Under the pieces are notes generated by a model. That model saw nothing but the letters and a program-made list of their open reading frames with translations, ran no database searches and was not told the DNA's origin. 64,000 nt of DNA from Vicugna vicugna (lineage: Eukaryota): assembly GCA_013265495.1 (NCBI GenBank), contig MU058345.1, forward strand, positions 124,001 through 188,000, written 5' to 3'. Shown here piece by piece: positions 1 to 11,600 of the stretch (the stretch's first letter is position 1; each line of letters begins with the position of its first letter). A program made the translations under genes and the position numbers.

Positions 1-548
1 GCCGCCCATACTTTTGACCAACTGGCTACAGATTCGAGGGTTCCCACAGCCTTTTCAAGTTCAATAATTTGACAGACCTCACACAATTCAAGAAAGTGCC
101 ACATTTAGTTACAGCTTTATTGTCAAAGGATAAAAATCAGGACCAACCAAATGAAGAGACCACACAGGGCAAGGCCTAAGAGGGTCTCAGGTACAGAGCT
201 CCCAATCTACCTGCAGAAGCAAGCCATCACCCCCCAGAACGTCAGGGCATTCCTCAACCGGGAGCCCCCCCAGGGCCCCGAGTTTTTTTTATTACTGGGT
301 TTTTGGGCCGGTGATGGAACTCAGCCTCCAGGCCCCTCCTCTCCCTGGAGGTGAGCAGGTCAGGTCAGCCTGCTATCAATGTGACCTCTCATCACGCCTG
401 GCCCCACCTGAGTCACTTCATTAGCATAAAGCCAGGTGTGGCCCTAGGGCCCACCTTGAATAACAAAGACTCTTAACATTTGGGAAATTCCAAGGGTTTA
501 GAATCCCTGTCCCAGGAACCCCAGACAAAGACCAGACAGATTATTACA
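1..548 (-). mobile_element. LTR fragment, MER21-like, cut by the window edge
   Basis: Recognisable MER21-type blocks (gaccaactggctaca...; ttagcataaa..caggtgtgg; ggaaattccaagggtttaga; ends ttattaca); TTTATT at ~116-121 is an LTR poly(A) signal on the minus strand. Family from memory. Confidence 0.65.
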
Positions 549-549
549 G

Positions 550-1500
550 GACCTTGAAGGAATCCCAGGACTTGGGTTTTTACTTTGAATGACACGGAAA
601 GCCAGTGGCAGGTTTGGGGCAGAAGTGACATGATGATAATTGCTGTTGTAACAGAACCATTCTGGCTGCTCTGGGTTAAGAATGGACTGTGAGAGGAAAG
701 GGAAGAGGCAGGGAGACCCTTTAGGCTGCTACTGCAGTGATCCAGATGCAAGATGATGGCGTGGGCCGCAGTGGTACCAGTGGAGGCCACATGGAGTGTC
801 CCTGCAATTATTTTGAAGTTAGAACTAGCAGGAGTCACTGCTGGATTGGATGCAGGGTGAGAGAGAAAGAACAGAGAGGAGGATGACTCTGGAGTTTGTC
901 TTTGAGAACCTGGAGGAGTGAAGTCATCATTGACTGAGAGGACCAGGTTTGGACATGTTATGTCTGAGATGCCAATTAGACATCCAGTTGGAGATGCTGA
1001 ATAAGCAGTTTGACGGATGTGACTGGCGTGTGAGGGAAAGATCTGAGCTGGGCAGAACTGTTGGACCGTCAGTGTAGAGACGGCATTTAAAACTATATAA
1101 CTGGATGAATTCACTGGGAGAGTGCATAGAGAGGAAGAGAGCCCAGGACAGGCCCCAGGAACCTTGAATCACTCCCACTGGCAGATCAGGAGGAACCAGC
1201 CAAGGAGACTGTGGACGGGGCAGGGGAGCTGGAGAAGAACCAGGAGGGCCTGGGGTCCCGCAAGCGCAGGGACGCATCAGTCAACTGTAACAATTGCTAC
1301 TGATCCATCCAGCAAGATAAGGACGAAGAGGAGGATTACTGTTGGATTTAGCAACTTGGAGGTCACTGGTGACCTTGACCAGAAAAGTTCTGGTGCGAGT
1401 TCATGAGAGAATGGGAGAGGAATTGTGCGTACAGCCTCTCTGCCGTAGCGCTGCTATAGGGGCGAGGAGAGAAAGGGGGCTGAGTCTGGGGTCCAAGGAG
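550..1500 (-). mobile_element. LINE-2 (L2) fragment with degenerate RT coding remnant
   Basis: Minus-strand ORF 927-1277 reads FKCRLYTDG...SNCLFSISNWMSNWHLRHNMSK, resembling the L2 RT segment F-x-YHLYADD...SNCLLDIS-x-WMS-x-x-HLKLNMSK. Confidence 0.8.
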
Positions 1501-1574
1501 TTCTTAAAGGGGGGAGAAAAGGCAGCCCATTTGTATGCAGATGCCTGTGGAGGGGAAATAGCAGTTTAAGAAAC

Positions 1575-1755
1575 TCTCGGGATGTTTGGTCATGGGAAGA
1601 GGAGACTCCGGGGGCATGTCGTAACTCCTCACATGCTTAAAGGACTGTCATATGGAAGAGAATTAGATTCATTTTATATGACTCCAGAGAGAAGAGCGAG
1701 GATGGTTAGAAGCTACAAAGAGGAGGATTGGAGCGCAGACTAAATAAGAATTCTG
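1575..1755 (+). mobile_element. CR1/L3 LINE 3' fragment
   Basis: gggaagaggagactccgggggcatg...aaggactgtcatatggaagag..ttagattcatttt...agaagctacaaagagg resembles the CR1 ORF2 C-terminal EKRRLRGD...LKGCH.EE..DLF region. Confidence 0.6.
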
Positions 1756-4700
1756 GGCACCCATTTATTTATTCATCCCAGAAATCAGCATTGAATGCCT
1801 CCTCGGTGACAGGCACTGGTCTGGGCACCACGGAGAGAGACATCAGCAAGACTCAGCCGTTCGTGGCTAGTGGGAGAGAACCACGCAGGCGATCGGTTGG
1901 AATACGGGTGGAAACTGCTGACGAGGGCTCGTGTGTCTGGCTGGGGAAGGGCACCGGCTGGGGAAGTGGGGGTTCAGGGAAAGGTCAGGCGGGGCAGGGG
2001 AGTCATAAATGTTCCCGAGGATCTTCCACCTTCTGATAACTGAGAACTTATTTGGCCTAAATAAATGAGGCTTAAAAGGGGACTTGAGCTTCAGTTATCA
2101 GGTACATTTTCTGGATGACTGGGCCATGTAGATACAGCCTTAATAAAAATGATGGCTGATAGATGGGCGGTGCTTTATCATTCGCGGGGCACATTTAATC
2201 CTCACAGCAGCGCTGCCAAGATCCGTTCTGTTATCCCTGTTTTATAGTTGGGTTAACTGAGGCTCAGAGCGGTGAGCCCTGCCTGAGGTCACATTGCTGT
2301 AAAGATGGAGATGGGGCCAGAACCAAGTTCATGAGTCCCCAGTCCAATGTGCACACCCTCTCCAGGGCGGCCAAATGCTCGGCCACGCTGATCATAACCC
2401 GCTCCGACCCACGCACAGCAGTGCTGTGGGGCCAGCACTCGGGTCTCTCGTGAAACGTTCCATAAGCCGTGCCCCTTCCCCTGGTTTCTTGGCGCTTTCC
2501 CCAGTCTGCTTCCTGCAGAAATAATCTGCTCCGATTAGAACGGACGGCTTCCTGCCCTCTGCCTAGAACTTCCCCTCCTGCTTCTCCCTCCTGGCCCTGA
2601 CCCTTCCGAGATCGTCTTGATCTTGCTTTACCATCCTCTTACTTCCAGGAGATCTCTGGAACCCAGGAGGGGCTGGAAGCGGGATTGCTCGGACTTTCTG
2701 GATCAGCAGCTCTTGGGTTCCTCTGGTTTTGATGAGACTTACTGAGCCCAAACAATTAAGGAGGGTGAGATACTCAAAAACAAGAAAGAAGAAAGAAGGA
2801 TAGGGCACTAATAATAACAGCAACAACAAAAATAACCACTTACCTCAGGCTCGCTCCCAATGAGGAAATATTAATATCATCCCCATTTCACAAATGGGGA
2901 GACTGAGGCACGGCGGAGTAAAGCGCACTGCCCCAGGCGGAGTAGCAGAGCTGGTTACTGAGTCAGCTTCTGTGTTCTACTGCCTCCCTTAAGAGGAAAG
3001 AGGAGAGAAATAAAGACTCAGGAAGGCTTTCATTCAGCATGACTTTTTTTGAGCCCTCGTTGTGCTGAAGCTACAGGGGAAGAAATAGATCTCAGCCCTG
3101 CCCTCAGTGAACTCGCAGCCCCAGCATCACACGACATCAAAGCGGGGAGGATCTCAGAGGCGTCGTCCAAACTGGGACGCAGCGAAGTGAAGCGAAACAT
3201 CCCCGAAGGAAACGGGAACACACACCTTTGCCCACAGACAAAAATAGCATAAAACACGCAAGTCGGCAGTTCAACGTGGGCCCTTAGCACCCGCTGCTGT
3301 GCGCCCCTGTTGTGGGAAGTCTGTGTGCTGGGTGCTGTCACAGGCGAGAGGTGAAGTCCTTGCCACCCTCAGCTGGAGGGGAATTGCAAGGGCAGGAAAT
3401 AGGATGACATTGACCGAGACAGTGTAAAGCATCTAAGAAAGCTTTGAGGAAGAGCAAGCAGTCCAATTTGGTAGGAGTAGAGCTGACTTTGAAGAGAGAA
3501 GTGAAAGGTTAAGGCAGAGATGCTAAGGGATGTAGCACAAGCTGAGCTCAGAGATTTCAAGAGAAGCAGTCTTGGGACTTCTCGGGAAAGGCTTCCTGGA
3601 GGAGGGGCCTTTGGGTTGCATTTGAGGAGAAGAATAACTTGGATTAGGAAGTAAGGAGGCAGAATGAATGAAATATTTGTAGGACCAGGTGATGGGGGAG
3701 GCAGAAAGGGAGGAGAAAGTTCACTTTTGAGTTCAATTCAACAAATGTTACTTGAGCATCCAAGAGCCAGACATTCTTGATAAGGATGAAATTAAAACAT
3801 AGCCTCTGTCCTCCAGGAGTTTATAGTCAGTGCTTCATGGAGTCATAGGATGCGCCAGCACCATGGCAGTTCGGGGTGGGGCCCTGGCCCCTGCTGCGGG
3901 GTTGGGGAAGGCTCCTGGGGCACTGAGCCTGAGCTGTGTCTTGAAGGATGGGGTAAAGTGAGCCAGGTGTGGGAGAGGGGAGCGTGTAGAGGTGCAGCTG
4001 AGGTCGGATGCAGCTTGAAGTGTGCAGAAGCCTCTGACACCTGGGATTTCTAGAAAGTAAAGTGCACATTGGAGAGAGCAGAGATGAGGCTAGAGAGGTG
4101 GATAGCAGCTAGGTCAGATGGGACCTAACCTAATTTGGACTTCATCTGAAGTCACTGGGGAGCCGCTGCAGGGTTTTACACAGGGCAGTGATATTAGATT
4201 TGCGTTTCGGAAAGATCATTCTAGCAACTGTTGGAGAATGGATATAAGGGGAACAAGCTGAAGACAGGGGAACCAGTTAGGAAGTTATTGCAATAGTCCA
4301 GGGCAGCAAAGATGAGACTTCAACCAGGGGAGTTGGCGTGGAGGGGGAGGGGTGGGATTGAGACCCGTGTAGGAGGGATGGTCGGTGGTACCGGTACGAG
4401 GTAAAAGAGAGGACAGTCCGGCATGGCTGCCTGGTTTAAATGAGGGTGGAGAAGTATCAGGGGCAGCGAGCAGAAGGACTAAGGAAATGGAGCTGAAGAT
4501 GCCGAGTTCACAGCAGCCACTGCCTGCTTGTGACCCAGAGTCGGAGTCCGCGGCCTCTGTGGACCCAGCTGGTCTCAAGTGCTGGTGCCCAGTTCCTAGA
4601 AATCCCTGGGTGAAGACCAAGGACTTGGCAGTTTTTCAGGTTTAAAGCCAAAAATCAACGTCTGGAGGTGGGTGTTGGGGAGAGAGGATTGTGTGTGTGT

Positions 4701-5039
4701 GTGTTTGGAGAGCGTATCTAGAACATTTGGCCAGGAATTCCTGACTTTGCAGGACTCCTGGCCCTCTGATGTTTTTCTGCATGTCTCCCACACCGCGCCG
4801 GCGGCCTCCTGGTGAGAACAGAGGGTCAAACCCGGTCCCCTCCGTCGTCGCGGGGTTCTGCAGGAGTTCAGGGATATCACATGGAGGACTTGGGGGCTGA
4901 CAGAAGGACAGGGGATGCTGCTTATGAAAGCAAGGCGTCACTTAATCTTGAGAGGCCACTCAGCACTGCAGTGCACGGTGTTCAGGGAACCTTCCTGGTG
5001 ACAAGGAGCTGGGGTGGGGGTGGGGTGGAGAGGGCCCCC

Positions 5040-5212
5040 AATCAGGAGTCCGGAGAGACCAGAGTTGTGCTCCTGGCTCTTCTGTTGACCAGCTCTGTGA
5101 CTTTGGAGAATTCACTTCACCTCTTTGGGCCCCAGGTTTTTCATCTGTGAAATAAGAGGGCAGGATTAGATCGTCCCGTATGGGCATCTTCCAGCCCTAA
5201 AAGTCCCTGACT
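5040..5212 (+). mobile_element. MIR-family SINE
   Basis: ggagtccggagagacc...tgtgactttggagaattcacttcacctctttgggccccaggtttttcatctgtgaaat core; similar MIR cores at ~2190-2340(-), 2870-2960(-), 8300-8410(-), 36060-36270(-), 54700-54890(+), 57160-57285(+). Confidence 0.7.
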
Positions 5213-6513
5213 CTGAAGAATGGATTCAGATAACTGCTGCCCATTTGACCCTTTTCTGGTCTCACTGTCTCCACTTTACCGAAACCTTACCTTTTCTTAA
5301 GTCATGAAAACTTTGGGAGCAGGAAGTCCTCCTTCACGTCTACCCTCCATTTCCCCTGCTTCAGCATTAAACTTAGTGGGAAGAACAAGTACCTGCTCAG
5401 CATTGCTCAGAACGAAGGCCCCTCCTCGGCCTGCAGTGTTGGCCCAAGAGTGCCCTCGTTATTCTGATGGTGGACGTGGGGTCAGCCCTGACGAGTGGAG
5501 AGCAGGGAGCCCGTGGGCAGCTCGCAGCCTTCGCAGTTTGTTCCCCCTCACGCTTGTTCTCCGTGCCATCACGGTCCTCCATGCCCGTGCTCACGCTGTT
5601 CCCAGTGCCTGGAAGGCTTCCTCTCCTTCCCATGGTCTTTCCTGAAGAGGCAGGAGGTGCGAGAGCCCTGCCTCCCGGCTCTGGCTCTGGTCATTTACAA
5701 TCACAGGGGATAAGCTACTACTATTACTGGTTCAGGGTCACACAACAGAGACCTGTGGGTGACAGAGTTGACGTTCATGAAGTAATAGCAGCGGCTCATC
5801 TTTTCATTTGCTATGTGTGTATCTCACTTAATCCTTAAGCTGTGAGCACTACCAACAACCATGTCAGAGCCACAGCCGTACCAAACACTAGAGTGACCGC
5901 CACTACACTTGACTTCCGGTTATCTCCTCTTTGGAGGGGCACACTCAGGATGCCCACTCTCTTCTCCCTCCCTTCTGCTAACTGCTTCTCCTCTCCTGCT
6001 TACTGTTCCCCTGGGATGGGTGCAAGAGTCATTTTTCTAAAATCTACCCTTCTGGGGCTCCCCATCACCAACAGGATAGTGTCTGTTCTCCTTAGAATGA
6101 CCTTGGATGGCTGCCAGGCCACCCCCACCACTGCATCCTTCTCCACGAGTCCCGTGATGTCTGCTCACCCAGACTGAACACGATTCCACTTCCCCACAGC
6201 TTCCACGTTCTCCTAACCATTAAATCCTGTTGATTCTACCTCCTTTGTATATTCCAGATCTATCCCAGTTCTCTTTATCCACTATCTTAGTTTTACATCC
6301 TTACAATTTCTCCTCAGGAGTTGTTCCGCAGTCCGCTGCCTGCCCGCCGTCCCCAACTGCTGGCAGAATATTTTATCTAATTCTTCATTTACTCCTCTGA
6401 ACCACTGTGATAAAATCCAAACTCTTGATCCCACATGTAAAACTCTGTATGATCTGGCTTCAGACTACTTCCTTTGCTCCATTTCTGTTTTTTTTTTTTT
6501 TTTCCTCTTTCCC

Positions 6514-6689
6514 NNNNNNNNNNNNNNNNNNNNNNNNNNNNNNNNNNNNNNNNNNNNNNNNNNNNNNNNNNNNNNNNNNNNNNNNNNNNNNNNNNNNNNN
6601 NNNNNNNNNNNNNNNNNNNNNNNNNNNNNNNNNNNNNNNNNNNNNNNNNNNNNNNNNNNNNNNNNNNNNNNNNNNNNNNNNNNNNNNNN
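6514..6689. other. Assembly gap (176 N)
   Basis: Run of N flanked by poly-T tracts. Confidence 1.
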
Positions 6690-6824
6690 TTTTTTTTTTC
6701 GGCTCTCCCCCTACCCCCCTTCCCCCCTTTCTTTTTTTTTTTTTTTTTTCCTCTCTCACTGTCTGTCTCTTTCTCATCACAACCAATTGCAGACACCACA
6801 GTCCACCAAAAATCCTTGCTTCTG

Positions 6825-7005
6825 GCGGGGAGGCTATAGCTCAGTGGTAGACTATGTGCTTAGCATGCACAACGTCCTGGGTTCAATCCCCAGTATCTCC
6901 ATTAAAGTGAATACATAAATATTTATTATTCTATTATTTGTGTATTTTAATAAATATATGAATAAACTTATTTAAATAAATAAGTCTAATTCCCCACCCC
7001 CCCAA
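6825..7005 (+). mobile_element. tRNA-Ala-derived SINE, camelid type (Vic-1-like)
   Basis: ggggaggctatagctcagtggtag (A box)...gggttcaatcccc (B box), AT-rich tail ending ctaattccccacccccccaaaaaa; ~17-bp TSD aaaaatccttgcttctg (6808-6824) / aaaattccttgcttctg (7006-7022). Confidence 0.9.
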
Positions 7006-8582
7006 AAAATTCCTTGCTTCTGAGCCTTTGCACTCATTTACATTCTGCCTGGAGGAAGTCTCCCGCCCCCACCCGAGGGCTCCCCTTATCTGCTTGGTGA
7101 ACACCTCCCATTCGTCAAATCTCAGTCTAAGTGATACTGCCCCTGTGAAGCCCTTTGACCACCAACCCCCCACCCATCTCACCCAGGCCAAATTGACTTT
7201 TTCTCTGTGCATCCATTACACCCCTTCCATTCATCATGGCACTTAACAACCCCACGTTGCATTCATGGGTTCAAACCCGTCCTCCCCTGTAACTGCCTTG
7301 AGAGCAGGAGGCGCGTGGGATTCTGCTTCCTGCCTCCAGCCCCCAGCACAGTGCCTGGCCCACAGTAGGGTAAATGAGCATTACATGGGGAGTGCATTGA
7401 TGAGCAAACGACCTTCGAGACCCGCCACCACCTGAATCTGGTCTACCTAGCCTTTCCTATGCGCCATAAACAGGAAAAGTGTGGCACCTTGTAACTGCCA
7501 TGCACATGGAGCTTGCAAGTGCATCTAAGGGGATTATCACTTTTAATCCTCACAACCCTGCCCTTCTACAAATAGCCAGGGCTCCAGCCATGCCAGACTA
7601 TGCCCCAGACACACCGCACACTTTGTCCTCGGTGTTCTTTGTGCCTAGAGTTGCTTTCTTCCCATACCTGCTGGTTCAGGGCTTAATTTTGCCCCTTGCA
7701 CAGTCCCTTCTCAGATTCACTCCCTCCTCTTTTCCTACCTTTGGAATGAATCATTTCTTTCCTAAACACCAAAACTGATATTTAAGCCTTATATGTAACT
7801 AACGCTATGTATTAGAAATGCGTCCAGAGCAAGGCGATGCCTTAATCCCTCTGGTACTTGGCATAAACTCTGGTGCGTAGTACGTTCCCACTACTTGTTG
7901 CCAATTAGAATAGAATTGGACTTGGATCAATTAATTGCTTAGGTTTCAGAGTTCTTCCGGCTTTTGCTAGAAGCCCAGTCAAAGGGGTGGGAATGAGTGG
8001 GAGCTGAGGATGGGTGACTGTGGAGGAGCAGAGGGCACACTCCTTCAGCTTGATGGAAACTCTTCCACTCAAGTCACAAACAAGATTTCTTGCCAGCAAG
8101 TCACCTGTGGATGTTTACGAAAGCATCATTATTAATATTTTTAAGTTTTTGATTATCCCAAACAGCATGCTGAGTTCTGAGTCATGAGCCGATGGCTAGC
8201 CTCAGCCCGTGCCTGGAACTCCTTAATGTTTCTCACGGTGGCTCCTGGAACTCACTCCCTGTCCTCATACCCCCTCGAGACTTGGAAGGCATCTTACAGA
8301 TCTGTCCAGCCCGTGCACTTTCTCGATGAGGAACCGGGGGCCTGGAGAGGCGTGCTGGCTCCACCACGGTCTCCCTGGGAGTAAAATGGTACAGCTGGAG
8401 TTCAAGCTAGTTTGTTGATTTCCAGCCGATGTGTTTTTTTTGTTGTTGTTGTTCCTCCTTCCGCTAAAACCTGCCCCTGCCGAATTGCTGGGAGAGTTTC
8501 TCAGCATCTATCTTCCTCCATTCTGTTCAATTCAACAAATATTTATTTTATTGAGTATCTACTCCTGCCCAGCAGCCTGTGC

Positions 8583-8634
8583 TGGGGGATATTGAAACAA
8601 GAGAGAGATGGGGGATATTGAAACAAGAGAGAGA
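8583..8634. repeat. Perfect 26-bp tandem duplication
   Basis: tgggggatattgaaacaagagagaga x2 (8583-8608, 8609-8634). Confidence 0.95.
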
Positions 8635-11600
8635 TGGGGAAGATGAAGTTCGTCACCCTGACAAGCTTACTGCCTAAGCTGTGGATGGAGGTGGGATGTG
8701 ATAGCGGGGCACACAGGGGACCTTCCTTTCACAGAGCACTTCACGAGGCATCATCAGACTCAGTTCTTTGGGCCTTCTTGCTGCCCGCCTTTCCTGGGCC
8801 ATCCACTATCCCTGTTTGACCACTGATGAAACTGAGCATCGGAGAGACAGAGCTGGCTCCCAAGTACCACCGCTTGCTTTCCCCTCTGGATGGTTGAGAA
8901 GCAGGGAGCCCGAGGTGCCCAGCACACCTGGAGAAGGTGGGAGCTAGGAAAGGGACCACATTCGGGAAGGGGAGGGGGCCTTGCCCGAGCTCCCAGAGCC
9001 TGACATGTGCTGTCATCACCGACAGATGTTCGCAGCTCTGCAGCTCCCCTCCCCTCGCTCCCCTCAGGCCCTCCTCCGCTTCCTTCTGGAAGAAACGCAA
9101 CTCAAGTCCTTTACGTTTGTGACTCCGACAGGGGTGGGGGTTCGAGAGAGAAGCGGGCGGGTCTGGGGGACTTGGCTGAAGAACCGAGGAGGAGTGTGCA
9201 TCAGCAGCCTGGGCTCCCCTACCTGACAGGCAGAAGGGGCAGCCCCTCCCGGTGCCCTGGCTGTCCAAGCACTGTCCCGGGAATGCCAGCACGCCATTAA
9301 TTTGTGTGCCTTGCAAATCCTTTATTGGCATCTCGTGGTGCTGAAAGTCATGTAATTACGAACAGAATTTATACATCGCCGGGGCTGCCTGAATGCCCTC
9401 CCTTCGTCTCCTTCCGGGCACTGCAAACATTGAAGGCTGGCTTAGGAAAGAATCAAACCTACCCGCCTTTATATCAATGTACCCTGTAGATAAAGTTTTA
9501 ATTGAAAATCGGTTCGTCTATTCCCCGTGCCTAATTACAAGCCGCCCGCACGGCTAACAGAGCACGCGGACGGCAGCCCAGCCCCCTCCGGGGAGACGGG
9601 GGCTGGGTCCTGGGACAAGGATGCAGCGACTCTGGCAGCTTCCTCTTCCACATCCTCCACGAGAGGCCTTCCGGTTTCTTACCTATGAGTAGACACTGGT
9701 CTCTGCAGGCGGGACTCTCCCTCACCTCCTCCCTCCCTCCCTGTTTCACGGCTGGTGACACTCCAGTGAGGACAGGATGCAGTTCACCGCCTGCTTCCTC
9801 CCTTCTGCCGAGGATATACGCCTCCCCTGACCCCCCATCCTGCCCACTGCTTTCCTTCCAGCCCACTTGGGCAAAACTGTCTCCGTTTGTCAACACCATT
9901 CTCTTTTCCACCTCTGGGCCGTCTCAAGGCCTCTCAGCCCAGGCGGGACACTCATCCCCAGCGCCTCAATGCCCTTCCCTAACCTGCTCTGTGCCATCCT
10001 ATTCCAGGAAGCCCCTCGCAATAGTGATGTAGGGCCTGCCATCCTTCTAGGTTTGCCCATGTATTTCCCTCCTGAGGACCTGCCTCTCCCAGCAGGCTGG
10101 AGCACCTTCCCTGCTCTGCGACTCCTCCTGTACCCGAGGGGGTGCACCCGAGGACGGCAGGGTCCTGGGGTGAGGGGCTGGCTCACAGGCTCTGTCTGCC
10201 TTCTTCCAGGGACTCCGGAAGGTTGATCACGTGAGGTGGGAAAGGCAGGGTCAGCTTGGCTGCCTGGCCAGGGTGGGGCTGGAGTGTTGGATTCGTGGCC
10301 TCAGGCAGAGGAGGAGCCCCCGGGACCTGCCCAGCGTGGGTGCCCATGGCCTCCACTCTCACCCTCAACTGCCCTTTCTTGGCCTCCAGTCACATGTCAC
10401 GGCTGTCACATTTGGCTCCAACAATAATTCCCCAGCCGGAGAGCAGGAGGAAGAATTCATTCCCCAGCTTCAGCCAGGAGGCTGTGAAATATGATTTCTA
10501 AAGTGTTAATAATGCATCACGTTTAGATAGCACTTTACATCTTGCAGAACGGCTGGCTGGGCAGGGGGGCCGGCAGCCCGGGCTTGGGCTGTGGGGCTGA
10601 CTGCCGGCTTCCATCTCAGGACCTCTCATCTGGAACCCGCGCCTACTCCTTGTGCCTTAGTTTCTCTTTCGGAACCCGGGAAGAAATCGTTCAGTCTTGG
10701 CCTCCTACCAGGGTATGGAGGCGCCTCCCCTTGCCACACCCTACCCTCTGCTCCCAAACCTGTTTCTTCTGTATTTATCGTCTCCTAGAAAGCCTCCCGT
10801 GCTGCTTCTTCCATTCACCAAACCCCGGTGAAGGGACTGTTGTGTGCCAGGGCCAGGATGCAGAGGTGTCACTGACTGAGGGGGCTTTTGGGATTGGATA
10901 AGATAGAGGTGTGCGTCCCCTGCTCCCTCCAGCACTGGTGGCCTAAAGCAAAGGCACCTGAGGGATGACACCTACCCTCCCCTCTGCTCTATTTTGGGGA
11001 TGCGGGAGTGTGGGTTGCTCTTTGCAGACTGCCGGGGCTTGCCAGGGGAACACAGCTAGCTCCCCTCTGTGGACTTAGAGGGGAACCCTCCTTGCCTTTG
11101 ATGGTCTGCTCAGAGCCACTAAGCTTTTAAGGTCCTTGACCTCCTATGAACCAGAACCTCTCTGAGCCCTTACACTGTAGCCTCTATGCCTTTCACATAC
11201 GTGTTTGATAAGCACCCTCATCTTTTCATACCCTTCCAGGGCATTTCCTAGACCTAGACTGTTCTCTTCTATTCTTTTGCACACATCAGTCCAAAGTCTT
11301 GGGAAATCTGTCCATTTCCCAGCCCGCATCCATAGCCACTGCTTCCAGGAAGCCCTCCTACAGTGATCTGAGGAAAAAAGAAGGCATGTCATGATTAGAA
11401 CGGGTTACCCCAATTCCCCCCATGGCTCCCACCTAAGAGACAGCTGCCCTTGGCACTCTGGAGTCCCAGGGTACTGACCTCTTTGTAAAGCTGGCCCCTG
11501 AAAAGTGTATGGAACTTCTGTTTTTCTAAAAATCATATTCATTTTTTGGAGACCTGGATTTCTAGTTTCTAGGAGTCCTGCTCTGCCACCAACTGTCTGC

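Noticed and set aside
6389..6850. ORFs spanning the N-run
   Set aside because: Artefacts of translating through the assembly gap.
6827..6901. tRNA-Ala(AGC)-like gene (also 38325-38400 and 51998-52075)
   Set aside because: Each has an A-rich tail, target-site duplication and stem mismatches, so these are SINEs and not tRNA genes.
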